From the NCBI RefSeq assembly GCF_006345805.1, contig NC_042997.1:77190001-77254000 (forward strand): a stretch of 64,000 bases of DNA, read 5' to 3'. The stretch is from Octopus sinensis (Eukaryota). The translations under genes were made by a program, and so were the position numbers. The notes below the pieces were generated by a model, which did not search any database, was not told the origin of the DNA, and saw only the letters and a program-made list of their open reading frames with translations. Shown one piece after another: positions 1 to 12,300 of this stretch (the stretch's first letter is position 1; the number at the start of each line of letters is the position of its first letter).

Positions 1-1794
1 AGATAATCTGAAGATCATTTTACAAAAAAAAACAGTGTTAATTGCAAACTATATTGTTTTAGTTATATGCAATGTTATTATAATTCATTTCTATCTCTGC
101 TTCTGTGTGGAATATTACTATATTCCAGCTGAATTTACTATTAGAAGTTAATTTTATTATGATATTTTTGTTATATTTTTTGTAATTAAACTATAATATT
201 ATATTTTTGTTTTTAGTTATACCTTTACTGTGACAATTATGTAAATTAGTTTCCATTTTAGAGAAGTTATTGCTAACAATTGCTTATATATTCCACATCT
301 TTGAAATTGTCCAAAATTTAACTTATTGGTACTGTTTTATAACCATTGTTTTCTATCAGTATTCAGATATGCCCCAAACTATTATGGATGCATTATCTCA
401 AAAAATGTGCTTTTCATAATTATGCCAGTGGGCCTGCTTTTTTTTATTGGATAAACTTTATTCTAACATATGATATTTAAGGCACCTAAGTGAAAGATGT
501 AAAAGTCTCTCAGTGCATTGCTCAAAGATTTGTATGTTCCTAAGATGCTGCTGTAAATGCTCTATATAAATTGGTAAAGACATCCATTTTCTGAAATATT
601 TGAAAATTCTTTTTCTTTGGCTATATAAAAAGCTGTTTTGCTGGTGAATATAGTTTACAAGAATCAGCATAACAATATATAACAAATATTGATTTATTGT
701 ATAATTTCATTAATCAAGCATTGTTTTGTGCATGTGTGTGCATGCAATACTTTCTGTTCCATTATTACAACATAAATCAACTTTGTCTATGATATCAACA
801 TGACAGTATGGAATTATGGTATAAAATTATAGTTAATTTTACCAAGAACTTATGGAATGATAGGTATGTTATTAATGTATGTGTATTATACTACTTTAAA
901 AAACATTTCAAATCCATTTATACTGCAAAGAGTATGTTTACATTATTTGAACAAAACTATCCATTTTTTTTTCTCTGCACAAAAACTGAAGAAATTTCTC
1001 TATTTTTCCGTGACTCTTATACTTGATTCATATTTTTTGCATGTTCAGATGAATGTGCTGATGAGAAGCAAAAAATATCAAAATCAAAATCTAGTCAATA
1101 ATATATTGACTAGATTTTTAAAAACATCACATATAATCAAAAGCACTTAGTTATAAATGTGTTGCAATGAAACAGCTTATATTAATAATAGCGGCGGTGT
1201 TAACAGCAACAACACTAGTAGTGGTGGTAGTAGTAGTTGTTGTAGTAGTAATTTCTTTAACAAATGATAATTTTTTTTGGTTCATTTAATAATAAATTAT
1301 TATTGGGAGATGAAAGTGAAAAATACTAGCAACAGTTGGAGCACAACCTTACACACAATCCAAAAGATCGCTCTTCTTTATGAGAGACAGCCCAAATCCA
1401 ACACAAGACACTGTCAATTCAATAGCATAACTGAAACAGTACATTCTCTGCATTCAACACATCCCTTAATACTTACTCTACAGAACAATAATGTAAACCA
1501 TGCAAGATATACACTACACAATCACCACCCAATAAAATAATGCAACTCAAATTACATATATGCTCACAAAAGATGAAACATTAGAATAACACCAGTAGCA
1601 ACAACACAAATATCATAACAATGCAAAATTGATGTAGTTTACATACACAACTGTACTTGCTCAAAAGACAATGATGCAGAACACAGAAATGCACTTGGGG
1701 ATGCAATGGAAAGTTGCACAAAACTGTTCAAATCATGATAATAAACAATCATGATGATGATGACGATAATTATTCTTTCTACTGAAGACACAAG

Positions 1795-1935
1795 GCCCTG
1801 AAACTTGTAGGGAGGGAACTAGTCGATTACATCAATCCCAGTGTTTCACTGGTACTTAATTTATCGACCCTGAAAGGATGAAATGCAAAGCCAACTTCAG
1901 TGGAATTTGAACTCAGAACATAGTAACGGGTGAAT
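1795..1935 (-). mobile_element. tRNA-derived SINE (partial), Meta/Nin-type core
   Basis: Reverse complement reads tctgagttcaaattcc...tttcatcctttcagggtcgataaattaagtaccag; same family as the copy at 46410. Confidence 0.8.
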
Positions 1936-2084
1936 AATAAGTGCTTGTGAAAGTCTTGCGCAGAAAGAGTACAAGCACAGGCACAACAAAGTAGCCCAGA
2001 ACCTTCACTGGCTACTATGCCAGAAGTATGGATATGTGTTAACAGGTGCTTGGTACCAACATACACTGGAAAAGGTAATGAACA

Positions 2085-2587
2085 AATAGGGGAAGGCAAA
2101 AATCCTCTGGGACTTTGACTTCCAGACAGACAAGGTGTTAGAGCATCAAAGGCCAGATGTAGTAACCTTCAGGAGGGACAAACAAAAGCGCTTAATAATC
2201 GATGTGGCAGTGTCAGGAGATCAACATATTATCATGAAAGAAAGAGAAAAGATTGATAAATATGGAGGCCTGGGAATTGAGATCGCTAAAATGTGGTAGC
2301 TACGAGAGTCAAACATAAAGGTTGTCCCTATTGTCATCAGAGCATTGGATTCAATACCATCCAATTTGAAAAAACATCTAAAAACTTAAGAAATATCCTA
2401 CAATCCAGGTTTATTGCAAAAATTGGCATTACTTGGAACTGCACACATATTGCGTAAAGTACTCTGTCTGAGGTCCCTGTTGTGACTTAACACACAGTAC
2501 AAACTGCTGGTACACACATCTTCAATCAGTATCTTCAATCAACAACATCATGATATTGGATACTGTGCAATGTCTTAAATAATAATG

Positions 2588-2622
<35 letters not shown>
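2085..2622 (+). mobile_element. 3' fragment of an R4/Dong-like non-LTR retrotransposon (restriction-like endonuclease domain) ending in (AAT)n
   Basis: Translates as AKILWDFDFQTD...RPDVV...IIDVAV.GD...EKIDKY..L..EI..MW*...VVPIVI...LQKLALLGTAHILRKVL with stops; (AAT)n at 2578-2622. Confidence 0.85.
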
Positions 2623-2623
<1 letters not shown>

Positions 2624-3015
2624 TAGTGGACAAGGTGCACCACATGTGCTGTATAATTGATGTCACATGTCCCTTTGACCCACAAATAGTCAGGAAGGAA
2701 GGCAAAAAATTAGACATACATAATCCTCTTAAATAGTCCAGCTCTGGAAAATGAAGGTGAAGATAGTGCCAATTATTGTTGGGTCTTTGGGGACAGTAAT
2801 AGAAGGTATCATGAGGAATATAAAGGAAATTGGAATAGAGTGCCCAGTCGAACTGTTACAAAAGGTTTGCCTCCTTGGCATGGCCAGGATAATCAGGAAA
2901 GTATTTGATAGTTGGAAAGAGCAGATAGCATGGGAACATAGCTGCAGGCAGCAAGCCTGCTATGCATGCAAGACTCCAGAAGTTCCAACAAAACCCGAGT
3001 TAAAAAGAATGATTT
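2623..3015 (+). mobile_element. Second, divergent R4/Dong-like 3' fragment
   Basis: IIDVTCPFD...KVKIVPIIVGSLG...LQKVCLLGMARIIRKV; begins immediately after the (AAT)n tract. Confidence 0.8.
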
Positions 3016-3049
3016 CCTGTTTTTGGCTCAAGGTCAGCAATTTTTTAAG

Positions 3050-3232
3050 GAGAGTGGGAATAGTCGATTACACTGATCTCAGTGCTCCTCAACTGGTACT
3101 TATATTGTCAACCCCACTGAAAGGATGAATGTCAAAGTTGACCTCAGTGGAATTTGAATTTAGAACATAGACCCAAAGGAAATGCTATTAAGCATTTTAT
3201 CTGCACTAATGATTGTCACCTCACTACCTTAA
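3050..3232 (-). mobile_element. tRNA-derived SINE, degenerate
   Basis: Same core as 1795 and 46410 (aaaggatgaa.gtcaaagttgacctc..tggaatttgaa on the + strand). Confidence 0.7.
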
Positions 3233-3949
3233 TAATAATTATTGTTATTATTTTCATTATTGTGTGAGAGAGCAGCACATGTCATCAAAGTGACACTGTG
3301 GTGTAAATATACAAAGCCCAGTATACCCATCGGAACTACCCATCTGATAAGGGTACACCAGGCACATGCATTACAACCATATATGTGCGACATGGTGATC
3401 TCATATCAAGATAAATAGCACATGACCTTGCAGGTGGGACCCAGTTACAATTTATTTCAGGTTAAGTAGCTAATCCTGTTGAAAAAGTCTTGTTTAAAAG
3501 GCTTGTTTAAGGATGTTGAAGAAAACCTCCTTGTTTCCAAAAGTGAATTATTCATACCCAAAATTTTCTCAACACATGGCTATGGTGCTCCCTCACTATT
3601 TCTTCTCATGATCAGAGATGCACATATTGTCAGCCAATAAAAGTCATGCTCAACTGGTTATGGTCAAACAACTGACAAGTAAATCTGTGGTACTGAGTAG
3701 AATAATTGCTGTAGCCCATCTTTTATACCAAGACAAAACATGTATATGATAACACTGCCAATCAGTTAAGATCAGAAGCCATGAGAGCCAGTACCTGGTA
3801 TTGCATCAAATTGCACCAAGGTCAACTTTGCTTTTCATCCTTTTGGGGTCAATGAAATGAGTACTAGTTGATGTAATTGACTTACCCCCTCCCCCAAAAT
3901 TTCAGGCCTTGTGCCTATTGTAGGAAGGATTATTATTCACCATCATTTG

Positions 3950-5090
3950 AAATCCATTGTCTATGTTGGCATGGGTTGGACAGTTTGAACAAGGCTGGTA
4001 AGCTGAGGGGCTGCACCAGACTCCAGTCTGATTTGGCATGGTTTCTTCAACTGGATACTCTTCCTAACGCCAACCACTCTGAGAACTGTCAGCATATTGC
4101 CAATGGTCTCAGTCATTTGTCATTGCCTCCATGAGGCCCAATGCTCAAAAGGTTCTTTTTACATGCCACTGGCACAGGTGCTAATTACACAGTATTAGCA
4201 TTAGTCACATTCCTCCATGAGGCCCAGTGCTCAAGAGATGTATTTTGCATGCCACCGACACAGGCACCAGTTACATGACTCTAGCATCAACCACAACTGC
4301 AATTTCACTTGGCTTGACAGATTTTCTCAAGCATGGCATTAATCATTGCCTCTGTGAGGCATAACGTTTGAAGATCATGCTTCACCACCTTGTCTCATGT
4401 CTTCCTGGGATTACCTCTACCACAGTTTCTCTCCACAGTTAGAGATTGGCATTCTTTACACAACTGTCCTTGTACATATGCATCACATGACCATACTAGT
4501 ACATTTGTCACTCTTGTACATCACATATGATGCCACTTATGCTCAACTTAGCTCTCAAGATATTTACATTCTGTTGTACATGCATACTGACATTGCACAT
4601 CCAGCAAAGCATGCTAGCTTCATTTCTTTGAAGCCTACGCATGTCCTCGGTGGTCACAGCCCATGTTTCACTGTTGTGTAGCATAGCTGTTTGCACGTAG
4701 GCATCATACAGTCTGCCTTTCACTCTAAGAGATAGGCTTTTTGTTGACAACAAAGGTAGAAGCTCTCTGAACTTTGCCCAGCCTGTTCTAACAACTACAC
4801 TCTCAGGGCATCCACCTCCACTGCTAACTTGGTCACCTAGATAACAGAAGCAATTAGCTACCTCTAACATATCCCTGGCATTTGTAGGAGTGTATTTTCT
4901 ATACACTTTTAGTGTTCATTGTACCTATGCACCTTTCAAACACAAAAACTATTTTCTGTTAACCTTCCTCTGATATTGCTGTACCTCTTATGTGTCCATA
5001 GCTTCCTCTGGGTACATCTTATGCAATTTCTACCTATGTCTTTCCTACAGATCAAGCAGGGCCATCTACCTGAAGGGATTTGTGATTAGT
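3950..5090 (-). mobile_element. 5'-truncated, degenerate RTE LINE (same family group as 8421-12420)
   Basis: ORF 4508-4906 FCYLGDQVSSGGGC...WAKFRELLPLL matches the C-terminus of the large RTE; 3'UTR with ttcctaacgccaaccactc and catgggttggac. Confidence 0.9.
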
Positions 5091-5489
5091 CTTCTCTTAA
5101 ATAAAAGTAGATATGAAAATGAGGAAAATGGTCCTCATTCTAGACCACAAGTTGTGGTTTGTTAGGAAGCAAAATTAAACTGAGTACAACACCAATTTTG
5201 TGAAACAACAGATCATCATCATTGTAATAATCCTTACTACTCTAGGCACAAAGCATATAATAGCAGAGAGAGGGCTAATGTTGTGGAACGATTCTGACCA
5301 CTCCCAACTGACTAAAAGTGGAATGACACATTGCTGTAATATAAAGAACTGTCAGCAATTGGAAAGCAGTTCACTGTGAACCACTGGCAAAGAGCATTTA
5401 ACCTCGTGTAACAGTGATAGTAGTGCATTGTGTGAATGCTTTCTTTTCCCCCTGCTTCATTAAATTATTTATCCAACATCAGGATATAA

Positions 5490-5656
5490 AAGTCAATTAC
5501 ATTGACCCCAGTGCTCAACTATTATTTTATCAACCTTAAAAGGATGAAAGGCAAATTCAACCTCAGCAAAATTTGAACTCAAATCATAAAGACAAACAAA
5601 ATACTGTTAAGCATTTTGTCTGTTGTGTCAATGATTCTGCCAGCTCACAACCTTAA
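5490..5656 (-). mobile_element. tRNA-derived SINE; its 5' edge supplies the TTAA used by the piggyBac
   Basis: aaaggatgaaaggcaaa...tttgaactc...ttctgccagctcacaacctta. Confidence 0.7.
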
Positions 5657-6725
5657 CCCTTTCGTTACTATATTTCTGACCAAAACTATGTGTTTCAATT
5701 AATTTCTAACATAATCATAAATTTAGTCTGGTTTCATTAAACAACTATAACATTTTTATATATCAATATATTAACGTGAATTTTGGAAGATAATTTAATG
5801 AAATGTTCTCAACCAATTCTATACTATAATTTTTGTCACAAAGTGACTCTAATTGCAGGTAGATACAAGTAAATTCAACAAAATATAAAATTATTAAAAT
5901 TTTGTTCAAACATCGCTATAGAAAATGGGTTATTAGCTAATATTCAATTGGGTATACAACAAAATTTTACGATAGAATTTGTTATTCTGGGTAACTTTCT
6001 GATATCCATAATAATATTTATGGCAAAACAGTCTTAATTTCATTTAAGGTTATGGGAATCCACTAACTATCCTTTCTTTCGTTTTGTTTACATTTAGCGT
6101 AACGGTTCGTTTCCGCCGTAATGAGTTCAAATAGGCTCATTCGAAAAAGTAAAAAGAAATAGTCTAAGGCTTTACTCTTCTGGGAAAGTCTGTGGCTTGG
6201 TCCAGTTTCTTCAGAAAAATCACCGAAAGAAACAGTTTTTAAATTTTCACTCCATTCAGGTGCCAATTCATTTTCTTTATCGCTGTCGGAGCTCTCGGAT
6301 TCACTGTTTTCACTTTCGGAAAATGAAACATCAGATTCATTATCAAATACCACATGCTTTTTTTTTTCAGTCATAGAGTTAGATTTATCAAGGTCTTCAG
6401 TAGAAAATCCTTTGAATTCTGACTCGCTGCTTGATATAATAAAATTTGTATCCATTTTTTGTCAGAATTACAAATATTGAAAACACAATAGGAACAAATT
6501 TCGGAAAAAAATCTCCCAAAATTCACGGAAGTAAAATTACACTTCGATCATTGTACTCAACTGTAGATAAACTGTTTACGAAGTATAATCACTTGTTTTC
6601 ACGAATGTACTAAAGAGATTTGCTCTGATATTCTCATTTAAATATGAATAGGTAAATACGGGCAGGTTTGGGCAGTTTGGTCACATTAACCAAAATTTTT
6701 TTCGGGCGGTTTGGTAACGAAAGGG
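5657..6725 (-). mobile_element. Non-autonomous piggyBac deletion derivative, copy 1
   Basis: TTAA duplications at 5653-5656 and 6726-6729; TIR CCCTTTCGTTAC; 130-aa ORF 6063-6455 is a piggyBac transposase N-terminus (acidic region, YFFLLF...ITAETNRYA). Confidence 0.93.
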
Positions 6726-6800
6726 TTAATCATAATAATGATGATGATAATACTAATATTGAAGGAGTGAAAATAAATTTTAGGATTTCTTTTCAAACAG

Positions 6801-6857
6801 GATGTTTATTATGAATTTCTTACATCACTACAGAAAGAAAATCAGCTCATCAAAAGT
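6801..6857 (+). CDS. NUP188: NUP188 coding exon (DVYYEFLTSLQKENQLIKS), phase 0/0
   Basis: ttttcaaacag|GAT...AGT|gtaagt; 57 nt; in frame with the next exon; position corresponds to vertebrate Nup188 VEYADCVDKLEKELVSK. Confidence 0.8.
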
Positions 6858-8591
6858 GTAAGTATTTGGTTTAAATTTTTTATCTAGAACAACCGTATTT
6901 ATATTTTATTTCATTTTAAATAACAATAACTAAATACATGTGAAGAACATTTGTAACCAAAGTGATGAATTTGGAAGACATGTAAAATCAGTTGTTCAGA
7001 AAAGGTGTTAGCAGAGTGTTCTAAAGGAAAACATTGTTATAGAAAAGTAAATGTATTTAGGTATAAGGTGGAAGAAACAGATTGGATAGAGAAATACTAA
7101 CAGCTTAATCAGCTGTAGCCTCACAGGAGCTATAAAGCAATTTGAGAATTCTTAAATATAGAATCTATTGTATTATAGGTAGAGTATAAAATCGCAAGTT
7201 CCAGTGGATCCTAAGGTGAGATGAAAAACAAAAGAGTTAGTATCAAATTGGTTGTATTTTGCAATTAAGTAGATACACTTGAAAATATTCCATGTGGGTA
7301 AACATTATCAGCTTTTGTTGTTCACATATATATTTATTAAATTGCTTTAGAATATTTGTGGTTTTATAGTTTGCCTACTTCAGACAGTTAAAAAGAACAA
7401 GAAATAATAAAATTATACATTTCATTTTTATATGATTTATATTTGCATTTGCCAATTATGATTTTTATTTATGTGTATTCTTTCTTGCATTTTATGAATA
7501 GGAAAGTATATACAATCATGAAGAAAAACATTTTATCGATATTTCTATTCACTCTATGGAATCATATGAATAAAATGAATAGCCAGCATACAATCTATTA
7601 TATACATATATGTATACATATATATCATTGTTTTTTCTACTGGTTTCTCAATAGCCTCTCTTCTCATAACTTTAAAACTTTCATCTCTGTTGCAATGGAG
7701 CTCTTCAATCAATCAATTCTTGAATAATGGAAAAGTATTTTCATACTTGCTGGATTTGAACTAAGTTTTATATGTCCATCCAGTTGTTTCCAAACCAGTT
7801 TGGAAAACACAATCACAGCCATTTCATAAATTTATAAATATCATTAATTACTTTCATTTTTCTGTATTGACCATATCTTTATATTTGCATTATTGGCAGT
7901 GAAAAATAATTAATTCTTATAAGATAGTATAATACTATAGAATACGTGTTGCCTGCTCATCATACATTATGACAAAGATATTGCATATATTTCAAAACTA
8001 ACTGTTGTCAGATACAACACTCAAAAGATTTCAGAACTACATCATTTTCATGAGTAAAATTCATGTAAAAGATAATGTAGAAAACTTCATCTTTTAAAAG
8101 TACAAACTTAATTTTCATGCTTTATCTCTCACTATAGCCGATATTTCCTTCTCTAGCTACTTAACAAGAAACTAATCAATCATGTGACAATTATCCATCT
8201 ACTACTCCATCATTTCAGAAAATTTCGCAATAAGTAAATTGCTTCTAGTTACAACTAGTTTTCATTAATGGACATAATTGGTATTATTTTTTAATTAATT
8301 ATGCTATTTCAATGTTAGAATGTTCTTGGATTCAGTGGAAAGCTATTTGTTGATTTTTGCAGTGTATGACTTTTAATAAAACCCTTTCAAGCAAACTATT
8401 ACTAGGTGTTACATTAAATATCATCATCATCATCATCATCATCGTTTAGCGTCCGCTTTCCATGCTAGCATGGGTTGGACGGGTCAACTGGGGTCTGTGA
8501 AGCTGGAAGGCTTCGTCAGGCCCAGTCAGATCTGGCAGTGTTTCTACGGCTGGATGCCCTTCCTAACGCCAACCACTCCGTGAGTGTAGTG

Positions 8592-9270
8592 GGTGTTTTT
8601 TACGTGCCACCTGCACAGGTGCCAGACAGAGCTGGCGAACGGCCACGAACGGATGGTGCTTTTACGTGTCACCGGCACGGGGCCAGGCGATGCTGGCAAC
8701 GGACACAAACGGATGGTGCTTTTACGTGCCACCGACACGGGGCCAGACTGAGCTGGCAACTGGCCACGAACGGACGGTGCTTTTACGTGTCACCGGCACG
8801 GGGGCCAGCCGAGGCTGGCAACGGACGCGAATGGATGGTGCTTTTACGTGCCACCGACACGGTTGCCAGACAGAGCTGGCAAACGGCCACGAGCGGACGG
8901 TGCTTTTACGTGTCACCGGCACGGGGGCCAGCCGAGGCTGGCAACGGACACGAACGGATGGTGCTTTTACGTGCCACCGACACGGGGCCTGACAGAGCTG
9001 GCAAACGGCCACGAACAGATGGTGCTTTTACGTGCCACCGACACGGGGCCAGACAGAGCTGGCAAACGGCCACGAACGGACGGTGCTTTTACGTGTCACC
9101 GGCATGGGGCCAGGCGAGGCTGGCAACGAACACGAACGGATGGTGCTTTTACGTGCCACCGACACGGGGCCAGGCAGAGCTGGCAAACGGCCACGAGCGA
9201 ATGGTTCTTTTACGTATCACCGGCACGGGTGCCAGACGAGGCTGACAGTGGACACGAATCGATGGGTCAC
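8592..9270. repeat. Tandem array of 11 x ~60-62 bp units (two subtypes) in the RTE 3'UTR
   Basis: Core ggtgcttttacgtg[c/t]caccg[a/g]cacggg recurs with TACGT starting near 8601, 8663, 8723, 8784, 8845, 8907, 8968, 9029, 9090, 9150, 9211. Confidence 0.95.
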
Positions 9271-9351
9271 TTAACCCCTGCTTTCTGATATATGATTTGA
9301 TTTTGATTGTTCTCACTGGTCTTGCCGGGTCTTCTCGCGCACAGCATACTT

Positions 9352-12300
9352 CTATAAGTCTCGGTCTCTGGTCATTTCCTTGGTGAGACCTAGAGTTCGA
9401 AGGTCGTGCTTCACCACCTCGACCCAGGTTTTCCTGGGTCTACCTCTTCCACAGGTCCCCTCAACTGCCAGGGTGTGGCACTTTTTCACACACCTATCTT
9501 CATCCATTCTCACCACATGACCATACCAGCGCAATCGTCTCTCTTGCACACAACATCTGATTCCTCTTAGGTCCAACTTTTCTCTCAAGGTACTTACACT
9601 CTGTCGACTATGAACACTGACATTACACATCCAACGGAGCATACTAGCTTCATTTCTCGCAAGCTTATGCATGTCCTCAGCAGTCACGGCCCATGTTTCA
9701 CTGCCATGTAGCATGGCTGTTCGTACACATGCATCATACAGTCTGCCTTTTACTCTGAGCGAGAGGCCTTTAGTCACCAGCAGAGGTAAGAGCTCCCTGA
9801 ACTTTGCCCAGGCTATTCTTACTCTAGCCGTTACACTTTCAGCACACCCACCCCCACTACTGACTTGGTCACCAAGATAACGGAAGCTATCAACTACTTC
9901 TTGTTTTTTCCCCTGGAAAGTGACGGAAGTTGTTTTCTGCAGATTTTCAGAGGTTAATGCTCCCGAGCATCTGCCACATACAAAAACCATCTTCCTAGTT
10001 AGCCTTCCTATGACATTGCTGCACCTCTTATGTGTCCATAGCTTACACATGGTGCATCTTATAGAGTTTCTACCTACACCTTTTCTACAGATCGAGCAGG
10101 GCCATCTACCTGAAGGCGTTTGTGATTTGTCTACCTTCCTACTTATTAGGACTTTGGTTTTAGCTAGGTTGACTCTAAGGCCCTTCGATTCTAAACCATG
10201 CTTCCACACCTGAAACTTCTTCTCCAGTTCTGATAATGACTCAGCAATTAGAGCAAGGTCATCAGCATAAAGGAGCTCCCAGGGGCATCCTGTCTTGAAT
10301 TCCTCCGTTATTGCCTGGAGGACTATGATAAATAGGAGGGGGCTGAGGACTGAGCCTTGGTGGACCCCTACCTCTACCCAGAATTCTTCACTGTACTCAT
10401 TTCCAACCCTCACCTTACTAGCAGCGTCCCTGTACATGGCTTGCACAGCTCTCACTAACCATTCTTCTATTCCTAGTTTCCTCGTTGACCACCATATGAG
10501 GAATCGGGGGACCCTGTCGAAGGCTTTCTCCATGTCAACAAAAGCCAGGTACAGGGCCTTATCTTTGGCTAGGTATTTCTCCTGCAGCTGCCTTACCAGG
10601 AATATAGCATCAGTGGTACTTTTCCCTGGGACGAAACCAAACTGCATCTCATCTAAACTAACTCTCTCTCTAATTAGTTGGCTTATGACCCTCTCTGTAA
10701 CCTTCATCACCTGATCCAACAGCTTGATACCTCTGTAATTATTTGTATCTAGGGCATCACCTTTACCTTTGTAGCAGTTGACTATTATGCTGCTACACCA
10801 GTCATTGGGTATGACTCCTTCATGTATCACCTGATTAACTATACAGGTGACTAGGCTATAGCCGACACTACCAGATATTTTGAGCATCTCTGCAGTGATA
10901 CCTGATGGGCCTGGGGCTTTCCCTGTCTTCATGCTTCTAATTGCCTTAGCTACTAAGGAACTATCAACCCTGATAGCTGGTCCCTCTGTTGGGTCAACAT
11001 TCGGCAGACTCTCTTTATCCCATTCATTTTCTTTATTCAGCAACCTTTCATAGTGGCGTCTCCAAGCCTCTCTCTTTGCATCCTCGTTTAGTGCAAGTGA
11101 ACCATCTTCCATGCGAACACACTTCTCTCTCACACACTGTCTTGCAACGCGAAACACCTCCAGTCTTTGGTCCTCACGGCGCAGAACATTGGCAGATTTT
11201 TTCTTATCTGCTTCCCCTCTGGCTAGATAGACCTGTCTCCTAGCTTCCCTTTTAGCAGTCTGATACAGTTCCCTGCTACCACCATTCTTCCAGTGCTTCC
11301 AAGTCTGTCTCTTTTCTCTAATAGCCCTGTCTACGACACTGTTCCACCACCACGTTACCTTGGGACGAGAGGGGACTTTGCACCAGCCACAGATTTGGTC
11401 AGTGGCTCTCAGCAGGTTGTCCCTTAGAAACGTCCAGTTGTCCTCTACCCCATGTGATACACTATCCCCTTCTACTTCGTCAAAGGCTTCAAGTAACATG
11501 TCTCTAAATCTCTGTCCATTCACAGGATCCTTAAGCTTCCAGATCCTTCTTCTCCATGTTGGTCGTCTTCTGGTTGTCCTCCTACTCCTGATCCTAAAGT
11601 CACTAACTACCAGTCTATGTTGTGGGGTGCATTCTTCGCCTGGGAAGGTTTTGGCATTTATAAGTAGCCATTTCTCTCTTTGCCTGGCAAGGATGTAGTC
11701 AATTTGGCTGGTATGTTGGCCCGATCGGTAGGTGACTAGGTGGCTGGTAGGTTTCCTGAAGTTAGTGTTGCAAATCATAAGATTATTTGCATCGCAGAAC
11801 TCCAGCAGCCTGGTTCCCTCCTCGTTGCGGGAACCAGAGCCATAGCCTCCATGTACGCCGTGGAAGCCCCCAGCATGTCGTCCAACGTGACCATTGAAGT
11901 CACCAGCCACAAAGAGAAGGTCTCTGTCGTTCGTCAACGAGGTAGTCTGCAGTAGAGTGTCATAGAATCGGTCTTTCTGTCCATCAGGTAGCCCCGACTG
12001 AGGAGCATAGGCTGATATAATGGTTGCTAAACTATGATGAAGCGCTAATCTAATCTTAAGTATTCTGTCGCATACTCTGATTACCTCAATTACTTTATCT
12101 ACCCATTTCTCAGCGATAAGTATACCCACGCCTCCAACCCCGTCAGTGTTCCCTGCCCAGAAAATCTTGTACCTGTGTTCCTTGCCTGTGAGGAACCTAG
12201 CAGAACCTCCTCTCCACTTTACTTCTTGCATGCAACATATATCCACACGTCTCCGTTCAAGCATCTCAACTATCTCGCCAGACCTACCTTTCAGTGTGCC

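Noticed and set aside
458-685. Minus-strand ORF (RIFKYFRKW...) as an exon of an antisense gene
   Set aside because: No recognisable family, no convincing splice-site pair, and flanking frames are full of stops.
807-863. Possible + strand exon (ag|TATGGAA...GATAG|gtatgt)
   Set aside because: Its translation does not fit the expected upstream Nup188 segment (...ER..L...HPY) and its phase does not join exon 6801.
3260-3800. Probable old LINE-derived repeat
   Set aside because: Too degenerate to classify by eye.
8592-9270. CRISPR array
   Set aside because: Spacers are homologous to each other, the context is a eukaryotic LINE 3'UTR, and there are no cas genes.
8475-9288. Several overlapping 70-256 aa repetitive ORFs
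   Set aside because: By-products of a GC-rich tandem array that lacks stop codons.
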